IMG/VR virus record: IMGVR_UViG_3300037756_000030
Span: 1-43,195 of that record
Origin: a virus
Lineage: Duplodnaviria; Caudoviricetes
Reading direction: 5' to 3' (one strand)
DNA: 43,195 bases
Of this stretch, positions 35,508 through 43,195 are shown piece by piece. The notes beneath the pieces were generated by a model that did not search any database, was not told the origin of the DNA, and saw nothing but the letters and a program-made list of their open reading frames with translations. The number at the start of each line of letters is the position of its first letter. The stretch's first letter is position 1. The position numbers were made by a program, and so were the translations under genes.

Positions 35508-37113
35508 GGACCCTCGCGAACAGCTTTTGCAGAACCTGATGGAGCAGCTCAACAGTTTCGAGCTGCCAGCGCGCTTTGATCAGGCCCAAAAAGACCAGAT
35601 CATGAAGGGACGGAAAGGCCAAGCCGAAATTGACGAAGGCCGCCGCGCCATTTCCGAGAATGAACGACTATATCAGGATGCGGTGACGCAACGCAAGCAG
35701 CTCTCCGATCAGATCCAGTCTGTTCAGAATGAACTGACGACTTCTCAGGAAACGGAGCAAGCCAACAGCCCTTACGAACAGTCGCGTCAGGCCCTGCTGT
35801 TCGGAGCGCCGCTTGCTGCTGGCGTGCCGTTCGGCATCTGGAAGGGTATGAGTTCCACGGCGAGTGCAAGGGACGTGCTGGCCGAGCGTGCGAAGAACCT
35901 TGCCGGATTGGCGCAGGACGTTAGGTCCGGAGAGGTCCCCCGCACCGATGCCTCTCGGGCCGCAAAGAGCATGGGGCTGCTGAAGACGAAGCCGGGCGGC
36001 GGACCGCTTCTGGCCGGCACAGCCCTGATGGCAACAGGAGCTTTGCATCGTGCCGGAGCACCGTATCTTGCTGAAAGCGAGATGGGGCAAGATATAAACC
36101 GAGCGTTCGGCGGATTCGAGGCTGGCATCGGAACCGGCCTACTCGGTCAGCAACTGGTTGGCGGGAGAAATATTCCGCCATATGCCAGTGCATCGGACGT
36201 TGCCACTGTCACGGGCAGCGGTGCGCCGCAATCTACACCGCCACAGGCCGCGACCCCGCAAAGCCGCCCGGCCGTTACGCCGACTTCCCAGACGCCTGTG
36301 CCGACGAACGCACAAACGCTGATCGCAGGTGCACGGGCTGCCGGTCTGGAAGGCAAGATCACGAAGGCAAGCGCCGCCAAATATCTCCTGAACAAGAAAA
36401 CCATCACCGATCAGAACCGGGGATCGATTGCAAAAGCCCTTCGTGTCAGCCCCGGCCCGAACTTCACCGAGCGCCTCAGCAAGAAGATCAAGGGGCTTTC
36501 ATCTTCGCGAAAAACTCTTCCCGGTCTTGCATGGCCTTTTATTGCCGGTGCGATGGCGTATGATACAGTCACGAGTAACGCTGAAGCTAGTAGCGGCGGC
36601 ATCACGAATGCTGATCGCCTGAAGGGCGCGGCAACAGGCACCGCGGCAGGCGGTGCCGTTTATGCTGGGGGCCGCATGCTGGATGCCTTGGGGCGCATAG
36701 CCCCACATTTGGGGGGCGTGATGTCGCCTGTTGCCACGATGGGTTACGACCCCCTTGAGGGCGGATCACGCGAAGCCACGGAGCAGAACATCTCCGAAGC
36801 GCGCGGGCAGGCGTCGTCTTTCGCTCCGGGAATGGCCGAGAACATCATGGGTATCCCCCGCTCGGAAGGCGAGATGTACAGCAAGGCGCAAGTTCCGACG
36901 CCAAATCCCGCTCGGGGATTGCCGCCTGGCGCAGATCCCGATGTAGCGAAAGCATGGCGTAAAAGCCCACGCCGGACAATCATCGAGCTTTCCAAATCAT
37001 CCGGCCTCGATGCTCAGGACATCGCAACGCTTGCCGGTGTTGCTCCTGATGAAGTCAATGAGATTATGGGCGCGATACCGCAACAGGCTATGGAAATGCG
37101 GGCGTCACCGTAA
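35506..37113 (+). CDS. additional putative internal virion/ejection protein
   Basis: Coiled-coil N-terminus, G/A-rich hydrophobic segments; between ejection and tail-fibre genes. Confidence 0.55.
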   Translation: MDPREQLLQNLMEQLNSFELPARFDQAQKDQIMKGRKGQAEIDEGRRAISENERLYQDAVTQRKQLSDQIQSVQNELTTSQETEQANSPYEQSRQALLFGAPLAAGVPFGIWKGMSSTASARDVLAERAKNLAGLAQDVRSGEVPRTDASRAAKSMGLLKTKPGGGPLLAGTALMATGALHRAGAPYLAESEMGQDINRAFGGFEAGIGTGLLGQQLVGGRNIPPYASASDVATVTGSGAPQSTPPQAATPQSRPAVTPTSQTPVPTNAQTLIAGARAAGLEGKITKASAAKYLLNKKTITDQNRGSIAKALRVSPGPNFTERLSKKIKGLSSSRKTLPGLAWPFIAGAMAYDTVTSNAEASSGGITNADRLKGAATGTAAGGAVYAGGRMLDALGRIAPHLGGVMSPVATMGYDPLEGGSREATEQNISEARGQASSFAPGMAENIMGIPRSEGEMYSKAQVPTPNPARGLPPGADPDVAKAWRKSPRRTIIELSKSSGLDAQDIATLAGVAPDEVNEIMGAIPQQAMEMRASP

Positions 37114-37143
37114 GGCACAAAAGCAGCAAATCGGAATTCACTG

Positions 37144-37164
37144 GCCCGCTTAGCGGGCTTTTTT
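37144..37164 (+). terminator. rho-independent terminator
   Basis: GCCCGC-TTA-GCGGGC followed by TTTTTT. Confidence 0.8.
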
Positions 37165-37183
37165 ATTGCAAGAGGTTTGACCC

Positions 37184-38599
37184 GTGGCTGGACGTTTTTC
37201 AGATCCCTTTATACAATACCTGGATTCAACGCCGAATGTGCGCAGCAGCGCGCGGCTGTTCTTCTACGAGAACGGCACCACCACCAAGCTGGACACATAT
37301 CCGACGCTTGCCGACAGGATAGCGGGAACGAACGCAAATACCAATCCGATCGTGCTAAATTCGACCGGTCATCCATCTGTCGGCGTCTTCCTGCAAAATC
37401 AGGGCTATACGGTTGTCCTTGCGCCATCCGGCTCGGATGATCCGCCAACATCGCCGATCTGGACCGCCGATGACGTTTACGGTACGGACCTTTCGACGGT
37501 CACGGAGACGAAAGTAGGCTCCGGCTCGCCGACCGGCGTCGTTGCCGGAACGGCAGGCTCTGCCGGCGTTCTGCCAACGCTGTATTGGGACTATACAAAC
37601 GAGATTCTTTACGTTGCATCAGTCACCGGCACAGCCGCAACCACCGAATGGACGGCGCTGAACGCATCATCGTCAACGCCAGCGGTCCCGCCCCCACAAG
37701 GCTATCTGACGCTCGTTACCGGCACGCCGGTCATTACCTCGGATCAGGCGGCGAAAACCGCCGTCTTCTACACGCCTGACAAGGGCAATCTGATCCCGAT
37801 CTATAACGGCTCGAAATTCACGCCGACCGAGTTCTCCGAACTGACACTGACCCTCGTTGCCTCGCATGTCGCCAGCACGCTCTACGATATATTTGTATGG
37901 TCGGAATCCGGCGTCGTGACTGTCGGGACTGGCCCGGCGTGGGATGATTCAGCCGCAGGTTCGGGCGATCGCGGGACCGGCGCGAGCACCACACAGCTTA
38001 CGCGCATCAAAGGCCTGCTCGTCAACGCCGTGTCTATGACCGCTCGCAACGGCAACACCACATATACGGTCGGGGCAAATCTGGGAACCTATGTCGGCTC
38101 CATCTTCATGGATGGAACGAATGGACAGGTTACTTGTCACCGCGCGTTCGGGCAGAGTCGGAAGTTCGGGATTTGGAATGCTTATAACCGCAGACCAATT
38201 ATCTTGAAAGCTGGTGATGCAACGGCATCTTGGACATATGGGACAGATACATTCCGGGCCTCCAATAATGCGGCCGCGAATAGTCTGACTGTGTTCACTG
38301 GACTCGCCGAGGAGTTGTTTCACTGCGATTTCCGCCAGACCGTCAGCGAATCCACCAGCACTAACGAAGTGCCAAGAATTGGAATAGGTTGGGACTCAAC
38401 AACTTCAGCAAGTGGTTTTGTGGGCCGTGTAGGTGTTGACATTGCAAACGGTCCCGTGATGTCAATTACCGCCCAGAATATCCAATCTCCTCAAATCGGC
38501 ATATCTGTTGTCAGCTGCATTGAAGCCTCTGCAGCTAACACGTCAACGTTTCATGGCGGAAACGACGACATGCAACTCGTCGTCGGATGGATGGGGTAA
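37184..38599 (+). CDS. tail fibre/spike with P22-like head-binding N-terminus
   Basis: L.FYE.GTTT...TY...NTNPIVL...G; PPQG.LTL.TG.PV; G.WNAYNR. Confidence 0.7.
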   Translation: MAGRFSDPFIQYLDSTPNVRSSARLFFYENGTTTKLDTYPTLADRIAGTNANTNPIVLNSTGHPSVGVFLQNQGYTVVLAPSGSDDPPTSPIWTADDVYGTDLSTVTETKVGSGSPTGVVAGTAGSAGVLPTLYWDYTNEILYVASVTGTAATTEWTALNASSSTPAVPPPQGYLTLVTGTPVITSDQAAKTAVFYTPDKGNLIPIYNGSKFTPTEFSELTLTLVASHVASTLYDIFVWSESGVVTVGTGPAWDDSAAGSGDRGTGASTTQLTRIKGLLVNAVSMTARNGNTTYTVGANLGTYVGSIFMDGTNGQVTCHRAFGQSRKFGIWNAYNRRPIILKAGDATASWTYGTDTFRASNNAAANSLTVFTGLAEELFHCDFRQTVSESTSTNEVPRIGIGWDSTTSASGFVGRVGVDIANGPVMSITAQNIQSPQIGISVVSCIEASAANTSTFHGGNDDMQLVVGWMG

Positions 38600-38602
38600 T
38601 CC

Positions 38603-39319
38603 ATGCCAGCACCCGCCAATCTTATCCATGAGACCAGCACCACAACGGGGACTGGCAATCTAACGGTTGCAGCAGTCAACGGCAAGGTTCGCTTTTCGGA
38701 TTCCACTTACGGTTTTGGAACCGGCGGATCTGATGTGTTCTGGTATTTTATCAGCAATCAGAGCGCCGCTGAATGGGAGATCGGCACCGGCAGCATGTCG
38801 GATGCCAATACCCTTGTGCGCGATACGATATTGTTCTCGTCGAATTCGGACAATGCCGTGAGCTTCTCTGCCGGGACGAAGGATGTCACAAATGATGTTC
38901 CGGCGGCAAGCCAGATTACGACGGAGCACGTTGCTACTCAAGCGCAGCAGGAAACAGGCAGCAGTACGGCTGTATTCGTTTCACCGGGCCGCCAGCATTT
39001 TCACCCGGGCCATCCAAAATGCTGGCTTCTAGCAACGGTTTCGGGTGGTACTCCATCAAATGCGGCTTCGTACAATATTACCAGCATAGCCGATACCGCC
39101 GTTGGACGATTAACCGTGACTATCGCAACGGATTTCTCATCGGAAAGTTGGGTTGGACTGACAACGTTCGGCAAACCAACTGGCGTTTCTGATTTTTTCT
39201 ATGCGGCAACCCTTGTTAGTAAAGCTGCCGGGTCCGTCATTATTGAAGGCATCGCAGACGGCACCGGTTTCGCAGACCCGCTGTCATATAACTTCGCTGG
39301 ATTGGGCGACTTGGCGTGA
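38603..39319 (+). CDS. tail fibre protein
   Basis: ETSTTTGTG, WEIG.G, L.RDT...SSN...V.FSAGTKDV; SYNI.SI.D...G. Confidence 0.7.
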   Translation: MPAPANLIHETSTTTGTGNLTVAAVNGKVRFSDSTYGFGTGGSDVFWYFISNQSAAEWEIGTGSMSDANTLVRDTILFSSNSDNAVSFSAGTKDVTNDVPAASQITTEHVATQAQQETGSSTAVFVSPGRQHFHPGHPKCWLLATVSGGTPSNAASYNITSIADTAVGRLTVTIATDFSSESWVGLTTFGKPTGVSDFFYAATLVSKAAGSVIIEGIADGTGFADPLSYNFAGLGDLA

Positions 39320-39900
39320 CGACCGATCGTATTGTATACACACGACCGGATGGCTGTGTCACAATCATGCAGCCATCTGATGAATTTCTGACGTGGCTCG
39401 GTAATGGCGGCTATTGGCAAAACAAGCCAATTCAGGCAATGGATCAATGGATTGAAGGCAAAATCGATCAAGGCCATTTGCCATTTGCGGTCAAAGCTTA
39501 CGCTAACGCGCTGCGTGGGGGTGGCAACACACTCGCTGAATGCTACGGTCTTGCACGTGACTTTGATTGCGCTCATCTTGGCGTAGGGTTCGAGCGCTGG
39601 CCATTTAGTGACATTCCTCAGGACCGCTGGTTCCGCGATGCATGGCGACGCTCTCATAATGGTGGACCAATCAAGATCAATATGGATGCTGCACGGTCCA
39701 TTCAGTTCCGTAAAATAAAATCTGCCGTTGTCAGAGAGAACAAGCGTAGATCTGATGACATTCAAACCTTCGATAGTCTACTCGACGTGTCATTCGGGAA
39801 GATTGTAGACCAAATCCAGAAAGCGAAAGATGTAGGTAGTCTGCGTCTGGTATGGCCGATGGAACTGCCCACGATCGATGCCGGTCAGGTTTATAAATAG
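39316..39900 (+). CDS. tail fibre assembly-like protein
   Basis: IVYTRPDG.V.I..P; DIP.DR.FR.AW; INMD.AR.I; LR.VWP. Confidence 0.65.
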   Translation: MTTDRIVYTRPDGCVTIMQPSDEFLTWLGNGGYWQNKPIQAMDQWIEGKIDQGHLPFAVKAYANALRGGGNTLAECYGLARDFDCAHLGVGFERWPFSDIPQDRWFRDAWRRSHNGGPIKINMDAARSIQFRKIKSAVVRENKRRSDDIQTFDSLLDVSFGKIVDQIQKAKDVGSLRLVWPMELPTIDAGQVYK

Positions 39901-40007
39901 TAATACGCAGCGAATATCAAAAATCCAACCAATGCCATGACAACCGCTTCACCTAACGTTGGTATAAGTTCTCCTTTTTCAAAGAGATCGTCATCACCGC
40001 GATTCAT
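39891..40007 (-). CDS. 38-aa antisense membrane peptide (not in ORF track)
   Basis: GGAGG RBS, then MNRGDDDLFEKGELIPTLGEAVVMALVGFLIFAAYYYL*; AT-rich. Confidence 0.55.
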   Translation of the reverse strand: MNRGDDDLFEKGELIPTLGEAVVMALVGFLIFAAYYYL

Positions 40008-40082
40008 AATAAAATCCTCCATATCGTTCGTAGTATCTGATCATCTTACCGCCTGACGCCCACTCCCGCAATCTCAAATCCC

Positions 40083-40102
40083 GCCCCTTCTCAGGGGCTT
40101 TT
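40083..40102 (+). terminator. rho-independent terminator
   Basis: GCCCCT-TCTC-AGGGGC followed by TTTTT. Confidence 0.7.
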
Positions 40103-40128
40103 TCTTTGAAAGCCAGAAGGAATAGCGC

Positions 40129-41361
40129 ATGACATTTACGCTTGTGGCTGATCACATTCGACGCCTTGCCCCGCGGGCGCGTCAGGATTACGTCGATGCG
40201 CTCACGGGCGGGATCCTTGACAAGTGGGGCATCAACACGCCGCTCCGGCTGGCTGCGTTCCTGGCGACGATCTGCCATGAGACCGGCGGCCTGACGATCG
40301 TTCGCGAGAACATGAACTACACCGCTCCGCGGATCCGCGCCGTCTGGCCGTCGCGTCCAAAAGCCGCGCAGTATGCCCGCAATCCCAAGGCGCTCGCCAA
40401 TTCCGTCTATGGCGGCCGCATGGGCAATGAGCGCAACGGCACGAATGACGATGACGGCTTCCGTTACCGCGGCGGCGGGTTGATCCAGTTGACCTGCCGG
40501 GACAGCTACGAACGCGCCGGAAAGGCGATCGGCATCGATCTCGGATCCGAACCGGAGCTGATCGAGGATGCCAGCATTTCACTGCAAGCCGCCTGCTGGG
40601 AATTCAGCCAGCACCTCAAATATTGTGACATGGGCGAGCGTGGTTGGAAAGCAGTATGTAACGGAATTAACAGGGGAAATCCTCTCTCAAAACTGGATCC
40701 TATCGGCTGGGCCGACCGCCAGATATGGTATAGTCGCTGCTGTGATTTGCTCGGGATTACTGGCAAAGTCGAGGATGATCTGATGCGGCTTGGCGACCGC
40801 GGCGAACTGGTCAAGGCGATGCAGGAGCGTCTGGCTCAGCTTGGCTTCGCAACCGGCCGCGCCGATGGCATCTACGGATCCCGCACGCGCGCCGCGGTGC
40901 TGGCGTTCCAAGTTGAGAACGGGTTGACCACGGACGGGCTGATCGGCCCGGCGACGCGCAACGCGCTGAACAGCGAAACCGCCATCCCGATGGCGCTTGG
41001 CGAGCGCGCCACGGAAACCGCCGCGGATCTCCGCGAAGCCGGATCCGAAACGATGACGACCGCCAAGGCGATCAAGGACGCCGCGGGCGCAACGGGCGGA
41101 ATCGCCGCCACGGTCGGCGCGGCGAAGCAGGTCGCAGCAGAGCAGCCGCCCGCTGATCTGATCGCCACCACGAAGGATATCGCGACTGAAATCAGCAGTT
41201 GGAAGTCGATTACGAGCCTGATCGGCGACACCTTCGCATGGGCTACCTCGCACTGGTGGATATTCGCGATCGTCTTTGCTTTCATCGTTTACCGCTGGGG
41301 TAGCAAGATCGAACTCCGCCGACTGATCGATCATCAACTCGGCAGCAACCTAGGGCGCTGA
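40129..41361 (+). CDS. endolysin: GH19 catalytic domain, peptidoglycan-binding domain, C-terminal TM
   Basis: FLA...HETGG, ENMNY, ANSVYGGRMGN, DG.RYRG.G.IQLT; PG-binding LGDRG..V..MQ.RL..LG...DG.YG..T..AV..FQ...GL..DG.IGP.T. Confidence 0.9.
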   Translation: MTFTLVADHIRRLAPRARQDYVDALTGGILDKWGINTPLRLAAFLATICHETGGLTIVRENMNYTAPRIRAVWPSRPKAAQYARNPKALANSVYGGRMGNERNGTNDDDGFRYRGGGLIQLTCRDSYERAGKAIGIDLGSEPELIEDASISLQAACWEFSQHLKYCDMGERGWKAVCNGINRGNPLSKLDPIGWADRQIWYSRCCDLLGITGKVEDDLMRLGDRGELVKAMQERLAQLGFATGRADGIYGSRTRAAVLAFQVENGLTTDGLIGPATRNALNSETAIPMALGERATETAADLREAGSETMTTAKAIKDAAGATGGIAATVGAAKQVAAEQPPADLIATTKDIATEISSWKSITSLIGDTFAWATSHWWIFAIVFAFIVYRWGSKIELRRLIDHQLGSNLGR

Positions 41362-41362
41362 C

Positions 41363-41689
41363 ATGCCATTCATTTTCAGTCTACTCGGTGGCGCGGTCGG
41401 GAAATATCTGGTTATCGCGCTGGGCTTGTTCGCCGCGGTCACGTGGATCCGCGCCGAGGCGGCCGCACCGTATAAGCGGGAAGTCATCGTGTTGCGCCAA
41501 GCGGCAGCGGACAAGGAACGTCTCGCCAAGGCGAATGAACGTCGCGCCGTGGAAGCGGAAGCCGAGCGTCAGCAATTTCAGCAACGGTTACAGGTACTGA
41601 TCGATGAGACGAATAGCCAAGGCAATGCTTGCGTGTTTTCTGATGGCGAGCGCCAGCGGTTGCTCGACCTCGCAGCCGGTAATCGTTGA
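41363..41689 (+). CDS. Rz-like inner-membrane spanin
   Basis: N-terminal TM plus coiled coil, C-terminal Cys; follows the endolysin. Confidence 0.65.
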   Translation: MPFIFSLLGGAVGKYLVIALGLFAAVTWIRAEAAAPYKREVIVLRQAAADKERLAKANERRAVEAEAERQQFQQRLQVLIDETNSQGNACVFSDGERQRLLDLAAGNR

Positions 41690-41867
41690 TACGGCGTTGC
41701 GCTGCCCAGCGCTGCCGTCTGATCTATCCGCGGAAGCACGGCGCAAGCCGGTCATACAGGGCGCTACAGCGGTCGAAGTGGCGGGCCTGTTGGTGACGCA
41801 GGTGCATGAGAAAAACTCGGCTCTCAAGCGCGCCATCGCCGCTCATGAGGAATGCCGCCGTGATTGA
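41625..41867 (+). CDS. Rz1-like outer-membrane lipoprotein spanin
   Basis: Lipobox-like ASGC, CPALP; overlaps the Rz-like gene. Confidence 0.65.
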   Translation: MLACFLMASASGCSTSQPVIVDTALRCPALPSDLSAEARRKPVIQGATAVEVAGLLVTQVHEKNSALKRAIAAHEECRRD

Positions 41868-42069
41868 TTTCAACGCACCAGATTTATATAAACGCCTCGG
41901 AGAGATGACCGAGGAAGAACGCGAGGCCACGCTTGACCCGATTTGCGAAGCTGTCCGCGGCAAGGTCAAGCTTTTCGAAGGCGCTGAGGTTATGGCCAAT
42001 CGCCTGTTTGCGCTCGCTGTGCTTGATCTTTACCGTGATTATCAGGAACAAATCTGGAATCGCGACTAA
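41860..42069 (+). CDS. hypothetical protein
   Basis: GAGG RBS, GTG start, overlaps the spanin stop. Confidence 0.5.
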   Translation: MIDFNAPDLYKRLGEMTEEEREATLDPICEAVRGKVKLFEGAEVMANRLFALAVLDLYRDYQEQIWNRD

Positions 42070-42148
42070 AATTAAGTATGGTTTTAAACCATACTTCACG
42101 CGACCTATTTCGACACGTCTCGGAAATGGTGTTTTTAAAACACCATTC

Positions 42149-42253
42149 ATGTCCGGTTTTTTGTCCGGTTTCCGCGCAGGATGAAAGCCTTATGCAGCAA
42201 CGCTTTTAGCGGCTTCCGATGGGCATTCCCGCCCGGTTAAATGTCCGGTTTTC
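42149..42253. repeat. TGTCCGGTTT direct repeats (3 copies) in an intergenic region
   Basis: Copies at 42150, 42162 and 42242. Confidence 0.8.
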
Positions 42254-42301
42254 TGCACACTGAACATGGCCGTGGCGTCACGAAGATGATTGGGTCGCCG
42301 C

Positions 42302-42643
42302 TCACTCGAACCGGAAGATTTTCGTTTCCTTGCCGGTGAAAAGGATCACGGTGTCATCCGGTAAGCTGGGATCGACGCGAAATTCACAACCCGCAGCAAG
42401 TGCATACTCCCGTTTCGCCATCTTGAACCAGCAGAGCCGTTGCGGAAGATCGGCGGCGGCATAGGCCGGGCCGAATAGTCCCTTCGCAATTCCACGACAC
42501 GCGGCGGCTCTCAGGTTTTCAGGCATCTCTCCATATGAGGCGATAGACTGGCGAACTGCGATGGCTACGCATTCATCTTGCGTGCGCGGGCGGTGCAGGT
42601 CGAGATGTCTGGCGAGAATGTCGTTCTTAACCGATTGAATCAT
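42302..42643 (-). CDS. hypothetical protein (antisense)
   Basis: ORF from MIQSVKNDILARHLD...; start uncertain. Confidence 0.45.
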   Translation of the reverse strand: MIQSVKNDILARHLDLHRPRTQDECVAIAVRQSIASYGEMPENLRAAACRGIAKGLFGPAYAAADLPQRLCWFKMAKREYALAAGCEFRVDPSLPDDTVILFTGKETKIFRFE

Positions 42644-42792
42644 CTGTAGATTATACCATAGATTAAGCAGCGTGGCAACGACGATCCTAGAGAAATCGCC
42701 GCCGCCACTGACCACCAAGCGATAAGAGGATCGCCCGATGGCTTCCAATAACATCAAGTAAAATCGGGACTGAAACATGGCAGCTACTACAA

Positions 42793-43062
42793 ATGCGGAG
42801 CAGGGTGCAAATGGATTGGGTCGCCGGTATGCTCGACCGGATGCGGGAAAGTCAGCACGCGGATCGACAAGTACTGCTCAAGGTGTTAGAACATCAGGAG
42901 AAAATCATCGACCTGCTGTCAAACATGGAGCATACTCACAAGTCGCGGCTCAGCGGACTGGCGAGCGCCGCGAGCGGACTGATCGGCAAGGGGATCGCCG
43001 TGGCGGCGCTGCTGGCGCTCCAGGTGCCTCTCAAGGACATCGTTCTGGCGGTCATGCCATGA
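42793..43062 (+). CDS. hypothetical protein with C-terminal TM (holin candidate)
   Basis: Coiled-coil then hydrophobic IAVAALLALQV. Confidence 0.45.
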   Translation: MRSRVQMDWVAGMLDRMRESQHADRQVLLKVLEHQEKIIDLLSNMEHTHKSRLSGLASAASGLIGKGIAVAALLALQVPLKDIVLAVMP

Positions 43063-43195
43063 TGGACTGGGAGAAGCTGTTATCGGTCCTGATTGCATGC
43101 CTGCTGATCTTTACGCTGATACGGGCCAGCATCATTGCAGCGGGGAGCCAGGAGCAAGAGCCGATGTCGGCTGAGATTTCGTTTTTCGCCGCGCC
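43059..43195 (+). CDS. small membrane protein, probably truncated by window end
   Basis: ATGA overlap; MMDWEKLLSVLIACLLIFTLI. Confidence 0.35.
   Translation, partial: MMDWEKLLSVLIACLLIFTLIRASIIAAGSQEQEPMSAEISFFAA

Noticed and set aside
37184-39900. Diversity-generating retroelement or invertible tail-fibre cassette
   Set aside because: No reverse transcriptase, template/variable repeat pair or invertase seen.

Overview
The whole window is phage DNA: a high-GC, P22/Epsilon15-style podovirus or prophage, probably of an Alphaproteobacterium (inference). It is almost entirely on the + strand and starts mid-gene. I see no integrase, repressor or att site. Gene order: the 3' end of a C5 cytosine methyltransferase (motifs split over two overlapping frames); early/replication genes, including an HTH initiator with internal iterons; a lone tnpB embedded in the operon; an intein-containing AAA+ ATPase next to an N-terminal-Thr (HslV/proteasome-like) peptidase; an HNH nuclease; terS and a terL with a second degenerate nuclease domain; portal, an LPD23 polyvalent protein, GroES, scaffold and capsid genes; a frameshifted HNH gene; P22 gp4/gp10-like tail genes; ejection proteins; tail fibres; a GH19 endolysin and spanins. 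Top candidate novel system: the predicted guide of the tnpB (5'-TGCCAAAAGCG, right after a right-end-like hairpin) matches in its seed four ~20-bp-spaced sites just upstream of tnpB itself. Each site is preceded by the same TAM-like TT(G/C)AG, suggesting RNA-guided autoregulation of a phage operon. All protein calls come from motif recognition by eye; no searches were run.
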